Part shown: positions 16,600 through 29,555 of the stretch, piece by piece | Layout: each line of letters starts with the position of its first letter | How positions within the stretch are numbered: the first letter of the stretch is position 1 | From: the human T2T-CHM13v2.0 reference genome, Homo sapiens | Direction: 5' to 3' (one strand) | DNA length: 64,000 nt | NCBI RefSeq assembly: GCF_009914755.1 | Contig: NC_060925.1 | Program-made: the position numbers and the translations under genes | The notes under the pieces: generated by a model | Seen by the model: only the letters and a program-made list of their open reading frames with translations | What the model was told of the DNA's origin: nothing | Databases searched by the model: none

Positions 16600-16857
16600 T
16601 GTTAAAACATGCCTGCAAAAGCTTTGACACTCCTATCACAAGGTTAGAGTCAAATTTTAGCCATCTGCCAGCCTCAACTACCAGACAAGAGAGGAAGAGA
16701 ACATTCTGATGATTCCAGATTCCAGAGGATCTTCAAGTCTTCCCAGATGTGGTCAAATAGAGCTCTGCCCAAATTCGTTAGTGATATAAATAATTGTTAT
16801 TGTTGTATGTTATTGACATTTGAGATGGCTTGTTATGCAAAAATAGATATCAGAATG
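16600..16857 (+). mobile_element. MLT1 (MaLR) LTR fragment, old subfamily
   Basis: CTTTGACACTCCT, CTCTGCCCAAATTC and TTGTTATGCAAAAATAGATATCAGAA terminus. Confidence 0.6.
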
Positions 16858-17378
16858 TATGTTTTCACTTACATGAATTCTAGAAAAGTTTGCAAGGACT
16901 GTTGTGAGCAAACTTAAGGAATTATCTTGAGATGTTAGAAATATTCTATATCTTGATTATGATTGTGGTTATATAGTTCTATAGATTTGTCCAAATACTA
17001 ATTTTAAAAATATCTCTGATCTTAAATTCAGATATATATTTTTTACTAGTTTCTGGCTTTTCAATCTGGTGTCTCACTCAGTTTTTTCTCACTTGCTTAC
17101 CCTTCTCTTGAATGTTCATGAGACATTCATTCCTATGCCTTCTTAATCTTTGGAATATAAATGAATGAATGAACAAGTAAATAAGCTCTTGCACAAACAA
17201 GTACTTCTATTCACAACTGGAATCAATTTCAGTCCCAATTTCTGGCATAATTTCTTTTACAGAGGAAATATTTCTATCACTGGCACTTTTGTACCAGATG
17301 TTCTTTGGCTTTGGCCAGGGCATGCCTTTGTCTTTATGCTACCATACATGTTTCTGTATTGTCTATTAGTCATAATTT

Positions 17379-17490
17379 TAGGATGACCAATCAACATAGT
17401 TTGTTTGAGCCTGAAGGCTTTTCCTGGACATAGGACTTCTAATTCTAAAACCTGAAATTTCTAGGAAGACCGGGGCATTTGTTCACTTTA
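17379..17490. mobile_element. MER94-like hAT-Blackjack MITE
   Basis: Degenerate TIRs TAGGATGACC...GTTCACTTTA around GGACTTCTAATTCTAAAACC. Confidence 0.65.
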
Positions 17491-18443
17491 ATTTGTTCAA
17501 ATTGGAAGTTGACCATTCATAGCCGTGGTTCTGGATTCCTTGCCTCAGGTCTTTCCAGAAATTGTATCTGATTATATTTTATTTCCTATTCCTGACTAAT
17601 GATTGTAGTTCTCATTCTTAAAGTTACACTTTCTCCCACATAGTTTGTAGTTACCATTTTATGCTACTTACTATTTTCTAAGCACTTGTCTTGCCACCCC
17701 TCCTCACTCATTCATTTCCAACTCTGACTTAGGAAACATCACATCCTGTTCAAATTGGCTATGAGACTCTTAAACCTTGTACCACCATTGAAGCTGGTCA
17801 TCCTATATTGAATGAAAACTGAGCCATTTCAAACTCTGGATCCATTTGTCTGCCTCTATGTCAGTTCCTGCTATCACAAATATCAATATTCTGTCCACAC
17901 CTTGTTACTTGGTCCTGTTCTGCCTTCCCAACCACCTTCACCCTAATATCTCTCAGATCTGCTTGACAACTCTATGACTGGTTTCACTTGGCTCTCATCT
18001 TCCTTACCACATTTTTTTTTAGCGTACCTTAAATGTAATAAAACAATGTTACCCTTGTTCTTTCCACTCCAGTACACATCCTTCAAGAGCATATGTTTCT
18101 GGACTGTACTGCCCAGTGTATCTGGACTCTTTTGGGGGTGAGATGCTGCTTTTTTTTTCTTCAAATATCTCTGTTGTTCCTGATGCTACTGACACACAGA
18201 CTGCTACCCAGAATGTATGTCCTCTTTTGCTTCCCTCCCTCAATGCAGCTTATCATATGCATATCAAATCAGTACATATATATGTTTCAATGTAAAAATG
18301 ACATCTTTCAGAATAGCTTCTGAATTTAAAAAGTTAGCTATTTTATAGCAAAGTCAATTTATAAATCAGGGTATAATTAAAATTTAAAGATATATCAGTA
18401 GTTATTTATTGAATACTTATTATGTGGCAGGCATAGTTGTTAA

Positions 18444-18531
18444 TGTATACACATATGTATGTGTATGCATACACACACATATATATACACATATATACAT
18501 ACATATATACATATATATACACATATATATA
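18444..18531. repeat. Compound (TA/CA) microsatellite
   Basis: Alternating purine-pyrimidine ATATATACAC tract. Confidence 0.9.
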
Positions 18532-19472
18532 TGAGGCCACTTGAGTCCTACAAATGTTAAGTACATTTCTAATGTTACACAGCAGTTAGTGAAATAAAGT
18601 AAATTTAAAATCAATGCAATCTTACTCGAAAGTCCCTGCTATCAAATATTTTTAAATATTACACTTTTCTACCTCATAGATAATTTACACAAATGGAGAT
18701 TTCGAGTAAAGAAAACTGGCACAGGTTTTGACTAAAGTAACTTACTGAAAGGAAGGAAAAAGTAAATTTTATCCAAAGTTTAAATTTTCCACAAGCTGGT
18801 AGTGGAGCCAGAATGCAAACTCAAATTCCATGTCCTTTTCATGCTTTATTTACCTCAAATATAAAAAGGAGATTATACTAGAATTTTCCTAATAAGGTAA
18901 TGTTGAAATCTATGAGAGAAAATGTGTGTATGTGCCTATATATATATACACATACATATACATACACATATATATGTATGTATATATAATATATATGAGA
19001 GATAATGTGCGTATGTGTATACATATACACATACGTATGTATATATACACATATATGTATGTGTATATATGTATATATGTATGTGTATATATGTATATAT
19101 GTATGTGTATATGTGTGTGTGTGTGTATATATATGTATGAGGTAAATAAAGTATAAGGATCGAATAGAAAAGACATGGAATTTGAGTTTGCGTTCTGGCT
19201 CTACTACCAACTTGTGAAAATTAAACTTTGGATAAGATTTACTTTTTCCTTCCTTTCAGTAACTTACTTTAGTCAAAACCTGTGCCAGTTTTCTTTGCTC
19301 GAAACCTCCATTTGTGTAAATTATCTATGAGGTGGAAAGTGTAATATTTAAAAATATTTGATAGCAGGGACTTTAGAGTTAGATTGCATTGATTTTAAAT
19401 TCACGTTATTTCACTAACTGCTATGAAACATTAGGAAAGTACTTAACATTTGTACGGTTCAAATGGTCTCAT
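18531..19472. repeat. Long inverted repeat: arms 18531-18857 and 19139-19472, spacer ~280 bp
   Basis: Reverse-complement match read by hand, e.g. GAAAACTGGCACAGGTTTTGACTAAAGTAA vs TTACTTTAGTCAAAACCTGTGCCAGTTTTC. About 22 substitutions, 4 one-base indels and one 12-nt indel. Confidence 0.97.
18923..19138. repeat. Compound (TA/TG/CA) microsatellite in the inverted-repeat spacer
   Basis: ~215 bp alternating purine-pyrimidine tract. Confidence 0.92.
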
Positions 19473-19520
19473 CAATTAAACAGAATTGAATTGAGAAATT
19501 CTTGTGAGGACTAAATATTT
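19355..19520 (+). mobile_element. MIR fragment running through and past the right inverted-repeat arm
   Basis: TCACTAACTGCTATGAAACATTAGGAAAGTACTTAAC...TCTCATC...CTTGTGAGGACTAAAT. Confidence 0.65.
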
Positions 19521-19609
19521 ACACACACACACACACATATATATACACACACATAATATATGTATATATGCATGTGGTGTGTGTCTGTGTGTGTGTGTGT
19601 GTGTGTGTG
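19521..19609. repeat. (CA)n/(TA)n/(TG)n microsatellite
   Basis: Seen directly. Confidence 0.9.
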
Positions 19610-19948
19610 AATACCACTATTCTTCCAGACTCCCAACCAGTGCATAAGAACTAGTAGAATTTTAATAATAAGCTATATGTAGCTTGGCCAATTGACTGTA
19701 CACTACTTATTTTGAAGTATTTTTGAAAAGCATTTAAATTGCTCACTATAAACAAAAAATCTTACAAGTAAACCAAATTATTAGTTTTAGAAAATATTTC
19801 TTACAGAACTTATTTTAATTTTTGTTTTGAAATTATATTAAACTTATTATGTGTAAGAAACAGTAAGCGACATGACAACTGTACAAATGATTCATACATA
19901 ATCCCTAAATTCTATTAACCTAAATATTCCTTATTTAGGTTAATAGGA

Positions 19949-20012
19949 CATTCCTTTATCATTCCTTATCATCTTTATCATTCCTTATCATTAGAACATT
20001 CCTTATCATCTT
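19949..20012. repeat. Imperfect ~10-bp tandem repeat (TTCCTTATCA)
   Basis: About five degenerate copies. Confidence 0.8.
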
Positions 20013-20044
20013 ACTTTTTACCAGGTATAGACCTTAAAATTAAT

Positions 20045-20152
20045 AATACTTTAAATTGAAATACAGAGAGGTTAAGTAATTTTCACAAGTTCACGTGACA
20101 ATTAGGGATAAAATGACTTCAAATTCAGGCAATTTAATTTCAGAGTTCACTG
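20045..20152 (-). mobile_element. MIR fragment
   Basis: CAGAGAGGTTAAGTAATTTTCACAAGTTCAC...TTCAAATTCAGGCA. Confidence 0.65.
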
Positions 20153-21113
20153 CTTCCCAGCCCACCTTCAAGTATCTCAAGGTCTAATTTTGATTTGCAC
20201 TGTTCTATATATAATATTTTATAATATTCATTTTTAAAATAGACACGGTCTCATGGCATTGACAATCCAAGGTCATGGGATTTATTCACGTTGTGTTCTA
20301 ATGAACAAACAACTGATATTCTAAAATGAAAGGCCTTTATTTTGTTGTTGTTAAAGAAAATTCAGAAATCATTTCAGAGTCTTAATTTGCCAGCTTTGAT
20401 ATAATCCACTAAGGGTGATTCAATGTGTTGGATCTAAAGGATATCCCAAGAACCATGGAGACATGGTTAAAATCTCACATTGGGATTTCCCAGTGATGAA
20501 AGGGGACAGTCTTATCTGACTTAAATCTCTTGTGTCTTGGCAGCCTATAGGCTTGTCCTTGGGAATTTAAAAATATAACATTAAATTAATTTTCTATCTC
20601 TTCCCCAGTAGTCACTCATACATGTTTAATGTTTTCTTGTATACTTAAGACATTTTATTAAAATTAAATTTAGTAGAAGTAAATTTATTTTATAATTCAC
20701 CTTTCTCCTATAATACCACTGACAGTGTTTCAATTATAAGCATCATCTTTGTTTGCAGAGAATTTATTGAAACTTCAAAAAAATTGAAAATTAAGATTAT
20801 TACAAAGATTTAAAATTCTAAGTATTGTTTCTTCATTGTCTATTTCTCTAATTCTGAAATTTAGTCACATTTTAATGATACTATAGAATCATTTAAGGTG
20901 GCAGAAATAATTTAATCATAATCTAGAATCTACAGGACACATGTGGACATAACCTTAGTCCTGAAATCAAAATCTTATGTGGCTTCAATCACAAGAATGT
21001 AAATAAATCTGCCTGTATTGTAGATTGGAAGGAAGGAATAATATTCACAATTAGGTGAGTAAAGAAGCAACTTTTCAAATGATGCTTTTGAGCTTTGAAA
21101 AAAATAAATCTCA

Positions 21114-21464
<351 letters not shown>

Positions 21465-22414
21465 TTAATAATGAAAAAGAATGCTGAGGTTCCTTAGTGT
21501 ATTATTTCAATAGTATAGTTACAGGTTTGGGACAAAGAAGACTTTATTTATATATAAGAAAGGTAGCATGAACTCATTTAGATACTCTGTTTAGAGGAAA
21601 TGTTAAGTTATTTTAGCAAAGGTCATGGTAATATTGAGAGCCTTAAAAAGAAAAAAAGAAAACTGTGTTGAATTTGTGAAATTATTAAGTATGGTATTTT
21701 ATATTCTGACTTAAAGCCAGGTAAAAAGATGTGGCTGTGGTAGTACAGGAGTATATTTTAAAACCAGTCAGGAGTCTAGGGAATGATAAAATTTGCTTTG
21801 CTAAGAGATCCGACTTAAGAGAAATAGAGGTCACTGTCAGGCAGATGTTTTAATTAATTAACAACCATTTTATATAAGAAAGGACTCCAGACTTTAGAAT
21901 ATATGTGCTTAGACTTCTTTCGGGAATTCCACACTTTCCCTATTGCACAGCAAATTAGTCACAAAATTCTAATAACACTATCTTTGCAATATAGTTTGAG
22001 TTTTATCTTTAAATCCTATTAGCTTCTTTAAGTCCTTCTAAAGTATTCTGAACCACAGAAAGTAATATGAGGAATATTAAATACTTAAGATAGGTGAGTA
22101 ACTTTATTAGAGACTATTTACCTTGTCATATCAGTACACAATGCTTCAACAATCTTCTTATAATGAAAGCTAACCTCCCTACAGTAGGAGTTTAACCCAA
22201 TTTCAACAGTGTTTTTTTTCCAATCAAGGGTTTGTACAGTTTCTTTTCAAGAAAAAAATGAAGTAATATGATCCACTAGCTCTTTCTCATAATATAATTC
22301 TGGAGATGTCATAGAAAGTTTGGCGATATTTGGGGAAGAATTTTATACTGGTGATGCATTTATCTTTCTTGCACTGCCATTGGCAAATCATTACCTAACC
22401 ACCTACCAATAAAA

Positions 22415-22434
22415 GGTGGTGGGGGGAAGTGGGG

Positions 22435-22469
<35 letters not shown>
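22415..22469. repeat. G-tracts plus (GA)n microsatellite
   Basis: GGTGGTGGGGGGAAGTGGGGGGG followed by ~15 GA units. Confidence 0.9.
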
Positions 22470-22473
<4 letters not shown>

Positions 22474-22904
22474 CTGGGCAAGCAGGACAGCAGCACTAAT
22501 CAGCTGGAACCAGAGATCAGACAACAAGTAGATTCCGTAACAAGTCTGTCCCTTAGCTCTCCATTCACAGTTTGTCTGCTTGGTGATTACAAGCACACAT
22601 TATCATTCTTACATAAAAGCAATATCCAATGAGGAGTATGAAGATTTCTAAACTCGATGTGAAAGATACAATCCAATCGTGACCTAAGGTTTACCACCAC
22701 CCCTTCCTCTTCCCCTACAAATTGCAAACACCATCCTAGAAGACTATGGGTTCACAGAAAACATAAGAAAATATCCAAGGAGCACATAAAAGGCTATATT
22801 ATGAATCTGACAAAAATTCTGTAACAGACAAAGTAGAATGCATAGTCCATATACTAAGTAGTAAAGTTATATCAAGTTGCTCAATTTTTTTTAACTTTTT
22901 TCTA

Positions 22905-24288
22905 ATTATTTTTTTTCTTGTCAGGTTTTATTAAGAAATAACTTATATAAGTTAAAATTTATCAATTTTATATTTACAAATTGATAAGTTTTGGCAAATG
23001 TACACAGTGAGGAGCCACCAACATAATCAAATAGAAAACATTTCCATCAACCTGAAAATATTCCTTCTTGTTACTTTGTAGTGAATCTCCTTTCCTCACC
23101 CAGCCCTTGTCAGCCACTGATCTGATTCTGTCCCTGTAGTTTTGCTTTTCTAGATATCATATTTTAAAATAAACTCTATTCATCTTCTTCTGACCTCTAT
23201 CATCACGTAGCATAATGCTATTATTATATTCATTGATATTGTTGCATAAATCAGTTGCATGGCTTGCTGAATACTATCTCACCATATGAATATACCACAA
23301 TTTTTCTGTTCATCATTTGATATACATTTAGTTCTAACTTAAATTTCTAACTGTTCATTGCTAGCCTATAACAAAACATTTAATTTTAATATATTCACCT
23401 TTTATTCTGAGACCTCGCTAAACTCATATAATTGTTCTGGTGACTTTTTGGGTTAGTATTTTAGGATTTTCTACAGACAATTCATGTAGTCAATACATGA
23501 AAACAACTTTGTTTCTTTTTTTCCTTTCAATTCTATAAAAAATCTATTGTTCTTTTCTTTGCTATATTGCACTTTCTAGTATAATAGTGTCATATAAACC
23601 ATGTATTGGCCCTATTACACTGCCATATCATACTTGTTTAGTAAAAGTTGAATGAAAGTGGCAAGTTGTATACGTTCTTGAATTGTTTGTGATTTTATAA
23701 AGAAATCATTGTCATTTACAGTAAAGAATAATGTTAAACGCAGGTTTCCGATATTCCCTTTACCAGTTTCAAGTTCCCTTCTATTCCCAGTGTAATGAGG
23801 ATTATCCACAATGAATGTTAATTTAGTCAAATGGCTTTTTTTCATCTGTTGAGGTACTTATTGATTTTTTTTTTTTTTAGTCTGTGACTATGGTGAATTA
23901 CATTAATTGTTTTCTGAAGTTTGAACCTTTCTAATCCCTTTACTATGCAGCAGTTAGTTATGAAGTAGCACCCACTTTATACATACACGTGATTAATTTC
24001 CTAATATTTTATTAAACACTTTTGGTCTGTTTATGAAGACTACTGGTCTGCAATTTTCTTTTACTTTTAATATAGCAGATTGCTGTTTTGCTTTGTTTTG
24101 TTTCTTTTCTTTTTTCAAAAATGTGATCTCACTATGTTGTCCAGCCTGGCCTCAAGAGATTCCCCCGCCTCAGCCTCCCCAGTAGCTAGGAGTAGAGGCA
24201 TAAGCCACTGTGTGCCCAGCTCAGATCTTGTTAGTAAGGCAATGCTGTCCTCATAAGTATAGGTTGAGATGTATTTCTTCCTTAGAGA

Positions 24289-24290
<2 letters not shown>
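22905..24290 (-). mobile_element. Old L1M (L1ME/L1MB-type) 3' end and ORF2 fragments
   Basis: AACATTTCCATCAACCTGAAAA...GCCACTGATCTGATTCTGTCCCTGTAGTTTTGC; AAGTTCCCTTCTATTCCCAG. Confidence 0.75.
24085..24221 (-). mobile_element. Alu monomer (FLAM-type)
   Basis: Single arm TCTCACTATGTTGTCCAG...GCCTCAGCCTCCCCAGTAGCTAGGA...GTGCCCAGC with T-rich tail. Confidence 0.8.
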
Positions 24291-24322
<32 letters not shown>

Positions 24323-24560
24323 CACACACACACATATATATGTATGAGGAGTTATATATATATGTATGAGGAGATATATATATGTATGAGGAGTTATATA
24401 TATATGTATGAGGAGATATATATATGTATGAGGAGTTATATATATATGTATGAGGAGATATATATATGTATGAGGAGTTATATATATATAGTATGAATAT
24501 ATATATATAGTATGAATATATATATATAGTATGAATATATATATATATATATATATATAT
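24288..24560. repeat. Compound tandem repeat: (CT)n(TA)n(CA)n, then 7 GTATGAGGAG-(TA)n units (42-bp dimer period), 3 x 19-bp units, (TA)n
   Basis: Seen directly; produces the 14-aa periodic ORF MRSYIYMYEEIYIC. Confidence 0.95.
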
Positions 24561-26706
24561 CAGGAGGCTTTATGTAACCCTTTTCTAAAGATTGATAGAT
24601 ATTGAGCTGCTTACCCAACAAGATTTACTAAGAGTGTTTTTAAGCTGCTTTATCTGCGAAAAACTGTCAAGTTGAATGATTTCCTTGCTGTCAGTGAATC
24701 TCTTCTTCTTTACATTGATCATTAAGCTTTTATTCTTTACTGTCTCTGTAAAGTACTTCATGGTCAACTGCACATCTTTTGTCAACCCATAGCAAAAGCA
24801 TTGGTTATGGTTTTGGGTCTCTGTCTCCAAGACATATATTGACATACATAAATATTAGGTTGAAAGAATTTTCTTTATATTTATAATTTCATATTTTTAT
24901 ATGAGATTTTTTCATCATTCAGAATAATGACAAAGAATTGATTGACAAATACTGCATGAATTACAAAAATTTGTTTCACAGCATTTCTATGTCATTAATT
25001 TTAATGTTTTGCCACTATAGATTAGCATAGCACAGTATCTTAAAATATCCAAACTTGGTTAATTACAAGCATGTTCAAAGAATATTATGTAGTGAAAAAT
25101 TCCTTCTACATTTTTATTCTTTTTCCCAAGGGTAAGCCCTGAAGCCTTTGCTGTAAACTTTTCCAGCTTTGGGTAAGGTAATTTTTTTTTATGAGTCATG
25201 TGGCATCTTAATGTGTGGAACAATTTTCTCCAGAAAGTAGGATTTCTACAGAATAGTGCTAAGAAAAAACAAATAGAACATTTAAAAATATGTTGAAACT
25301 GCTATAAGTCTACATTTTAAGAAAGGTAGAAATCTAGTTCAATTCTCAAGTTAATGTTTTAAACAACTAACAAAGATTAATTTAGGATAGTAATCAAGAA
25401 TCTGTCATCATGACTAAAAGTAGAAATAAACTGGCAAAGTAAAAAGCCTATTATTGCACCTTTAATAATTCGGATATCCATTTCCATATACCTTGGTTCT
25501 TTCCATAATTCTAATACCCCAAAAGAATTTTGTAGAGTGCCTTATATTTTATCAGACTAGCAAATATCCTTAGCAAAAATCACAGATAAATAGCAATGTC
25601 CGTTCTTATTCAACAAAGACGATTTACTTCCATAAAATTACTTGAAATGTATTGTTCAGTAAGTCAACTACATTCACAGCATGCAAAAAAGGTAGACTTT
25701 AATACTGATAAATTAGCAGAATGTATTGCTCTTAATCCTAATAAACCAAGGTAAAAGTAAGAGTGATCGTCCTATATTCTATTTCATTGCCAGGCAGCAG
25801 TTAAAGCTTTAGTACTCCAGAATCCTCATAAACAGGCTGGGACATTTGAAAAAAAAAAAAAAAGCAAACAAACAGCCAAACAATGTAAAGATGTAAAGAT
25901 ATGAACAATATGTACATTCATATGTATTTACTCAATGACAGGCAAAGTCAAGCCAACAAAGTAACAAAATGTATCATAGTTACCTTTACAGATAATAATA
26001 CAATATGTAGAATTTATTTTTAAAACTTCACAAGGATTGAGGAAAGTGTCTGTTTTTCATTAACTATAAAAATAATGGATACAATTCTCCATTTGAACTA
26101 CCTAAAACTACCAACCAACTGAATATATGAGCTTTCCTCTACATTAATATTACATAGCTGTGAAGGCATTCCTCTCTATACATATTTAAGCAATATAGTA
26201 CCTCTTTTAACAATATAGCATACTTGAATCATTGGAGTTCTTGAAAGAAGTATATTCATTTTTAATGGATATGATATATAAAATACATAGATCATTGCAT
26301 TATTTCCACTTTAAAGAGAGTTCACCATTGTAAGTTGTTTCTCTACCATATTATAGAGAGTGACAGTGATACAGTGTGGATTTGACTCTAGTTTTTTTAA
26401 CTCTCAGTCTAATATTTTTACCATTATACCTCCATTTTCAGAGGAAAATAAGTCATGAAAACATTTCCATGAGCCATTTGCCAAAATGCACACACTGAGT
26501 AAAAAGTTCATAGTGTGACATAAACTTACTTTAGGAATCCATGCTCTCACATCCAAATGAGTTGCTTAATATTTAACTGTGGCAGAAATAAACTTTAAAT
26601 ACAGCTAAATGCTTCTTCTTAAATGATGTATTGACACAGAACACTCGCAACATATCCTCAAGGCTCTCCAGTGTACGGTAAAGGGACTTCAAAAATTATG
26701 TAGCAA

Positions 26707-27030
<324 letters not shown>

Positions 27031-27494
27031 TTAAAAATTATTTAACAGGGGAAAAAATCACAATTCAAGGAAATAATTCTTGTAGGTTACATGCTCTATG
27101 AGTTTGCTTTCAAATACATTAATAGACTTTGTAAACTAAGTAGAACTTTCTTTATTTAAAATTCTTTTTCAAGTATTATTTAGGATAGATATAAAGGTTC
27201 TTTTAAACTTAACACAGTTTCAGGATGGCTTATTTTATACATTCTTTCTAAATTCTGAATTAAATTCAAAAATGACACCATGGAAATATGAATATGTCTA
27301 TTGGATTATGCCTTACTGTAGAATCATATAATTAATTATCTGGGATGGACTTGAGTATGTTTGTTCATGCCCTCTGTATTTGTGCAAAAGTATAGAATCT
27401 TTAATTGCATTATTCTCTCCTATTTTTTTCTCTACCGTTACATCCTCTGTTTCCTTTTCTGATTCTTCCTTCTCTATCTTTCCCACATTTTTGC

Positions 27495-27850
27495 AAGGCT
27501 CCTCCTCAACTCTCCTTATCATACCTTGGCATTCTCATCCAGTGACATAATTTTCACTACTATTTATTTGTTGGTTATTGCAAAACTATGTATTCCAGCC
27601 TAGAACATTATCCCTGAATGTTAGACTCACATCAACTGTAAAACATATTTGCCAGATGCCTCACAAATATCTCAAACTTTATTTGTCTCAAATTATTTTA
27701 TTTCTTTTCTAACCAAACCACTTCTTTGTATTTTCTTTCAAGCTTGAAGTCCAACTTCCAAATCAATTCCTCCCTTATACGTTCACAAACAACATACATG
27801 CTGCTGATTTTATCACCTTAATACCTCAAGTCATTTTACCTTTCTCTCTG
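27495..27850 (+). mobile_element. L2 fragment
   Basis: CTATGTATTCCAGCCTAGA...GATGCCTCACAAATATCTCAAACTT resembles the L2 ORF2 3' region. Confidence 0.55.
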
Positions 27851-29150
27851 AAAAATCTTTATTTTTCTGTTTTCATTGTTTTCTCTTCTTTTTTGGTCAT
27901 TTATTTAGTTTAAGCCTGCTTTGCAAATTCTGATTGCTTTCAGAAATTGAGAATTAACAAACATAACTCCGGTGGATATTGTATTCCTCCTAAGGGATAA
28001 AGAGAAGAGAGAGGACAGTCATGTTACATTAATTGAATTCTCTTCATAGGGAAGGGATATCAAAAAATGAAAAGAATTGTTCTTTCATAAGTTCTGAATT
28101 GTAAGTTTCAGAACTTATCATTATGATACAGGAGGAGTAATGTTATGATGTATATATAAATCTTCATTTTAGTGATTTTAGTGTGAACTGAATTCTTTTT
28201 ATAGCACTGTCAGATGTTCATCAACCTTATACCACCAAGAGCGGCCTAAATGTCAAAATTAAACATTTTTTATCAGAATTATTAACTTGGAAAATAAAGA
28301 TTTTTTTTCAAAATTTGTTATGTTTCAAAGAAAGCTTGCATTATAAACAAAAAGTGTGCTTTTGATATAATTGGGAGAGTAATAGAACATTTTATTTTAT
28401 TCAGTCCATGAGTCGCTGAAATAAAGAAAAGGGAAATGTTTGCCAAGTACATTTGCTTTGTGAAAACTACAGTAATGTTACTTTTCCTGAGTAATTTGAT
28501 ATTATAAAAAATGTATCATCAGAAATGATATAAAAATCAGTACTTTAGTGGTAACTGTGGATGTGTTACACTCAGCAAGAGAGCAATTTCCATTGTCAAA
28601 AATAAATATAAAAATAAAGTTGTTTTGTGAGAATAAAAAATTATCTGAATAACTGCTTAAAATTGGTTTTTTTTTTGTTCATTCAATCAATGTTTATTGA
28701 GCCCATCTTTTATGACAGGTACTAAGACTGATGCTTGGGATTGCAAAATAAGTAATCATTGTTTCTTATCTGTGAAAAATTCTGTTTATATTATGTAGTC
28801 TATTAAGTATATTGTGACATTTTAATTAATTTAGGAAATGTTAAAATGCAATTGCATTAGAATTTGTAATTGTGATAATGGTAAGAGTAAGTTAAAGACA
28901 AGTACTTTATGGAGGTAGAAATAATTATAAATAATATTGTGTAAAGGCAAAAAGTTGAGATAATATGAAGGGTAAATGTTCAGACATTCATCAGAAGACA
29001 AATCTACCTAGAGAAATAACTACTGGACTGTCAACATTATTCTAAAGTCAGATTTCATGTCTATGTATCCACTAGAATATGGAATTTCTAACCAAAGACA
29101 TATTGGAGTCTAACTAATAGATACATTTTATAAAGATCAGATAAAGAGAT

Positions 29151-29555
29151 TGCCATGTTTTTGAATGTCTGTGTCCCCTACCAAATTCATATTGAAACTG
29201 AATCTCCAGTGCAATAGTAATAAGAGTTAGGGCCTTGAGGAGGTCATAAGGGCTCCTTCCTCATCAATGAGATTAAGGTCCTTACAAAAGAGGCTTCATA
29301 CAGTGACTCTTTTCTCCCTTTTGCACTTCTACCATGTGAAGACACAGTGTTCTCCCCTCAAATCCCCTGCAGATGACACAGCAACAAGGTGCCACCTTGG
29401 AAGTACAGACCAGGCCTTCACCAGACACTGAACCTGATAGTACATTGACCTTGAACTTTTCAGCCTCCAGAACTGCGAGAAATAAATTTCTCTTTTTTAT
29501 AAACTACCCAGTCCATGGTATTTTTTATTATAGCAGCACAAACAAAACTAAGACA
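29151..29555 (+). mobile_element. MST (MSTC/MSTD-like) MaLR solo LTR
   Basis: TG...CA ends, CAGCCTCCAGAACTGCGAGAAATAAATTTC, and 5-bp TSD GAGAT/GATAT. Confidence 0.9.

Larger units (their letters stand above)
12750..17000 (+). mobile_element. Old L1M (L1MC/ME-type) element: degraded 5' region, ORF1, ORF2 endonuclease and 3' fragments, interrupted by AluJ, microsatellites and an MLT1 LTR
   Basis: Strong A-rich strand bias; GAAAGCTGGAGTGGTAATTATGATAGCAGACAGAATAGATTTCAGA (EN), TGGCAAAAGGTTTGAACAGACATTT, and GAAATATTCTATATCTTGATT (L1ME/MC 3' end). Boundaries are approximate. Confidence 0.75.

Noticed and set aside
18878-19210. Y/I/H/T-rich ORFs (also 24269-24496, 51340-51543, 54883-55213)
   Set aside because: Translations of TA/CA/TG microsatellites, which lack stop codons.
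18531-19472. Inverted repeat as the TIRs of a DNA transposon or MITE
   Set aside because: No TSD, the arms contain MIR-derived sequence that continues beyond one arm, and the spacer is microsatellite.
20230-20570. Repeat-free block that might be a conserved element or exon
   Set aside because: No ORF, convincing splice pair or motif evidence; conservation cannot be judged from one sequence.
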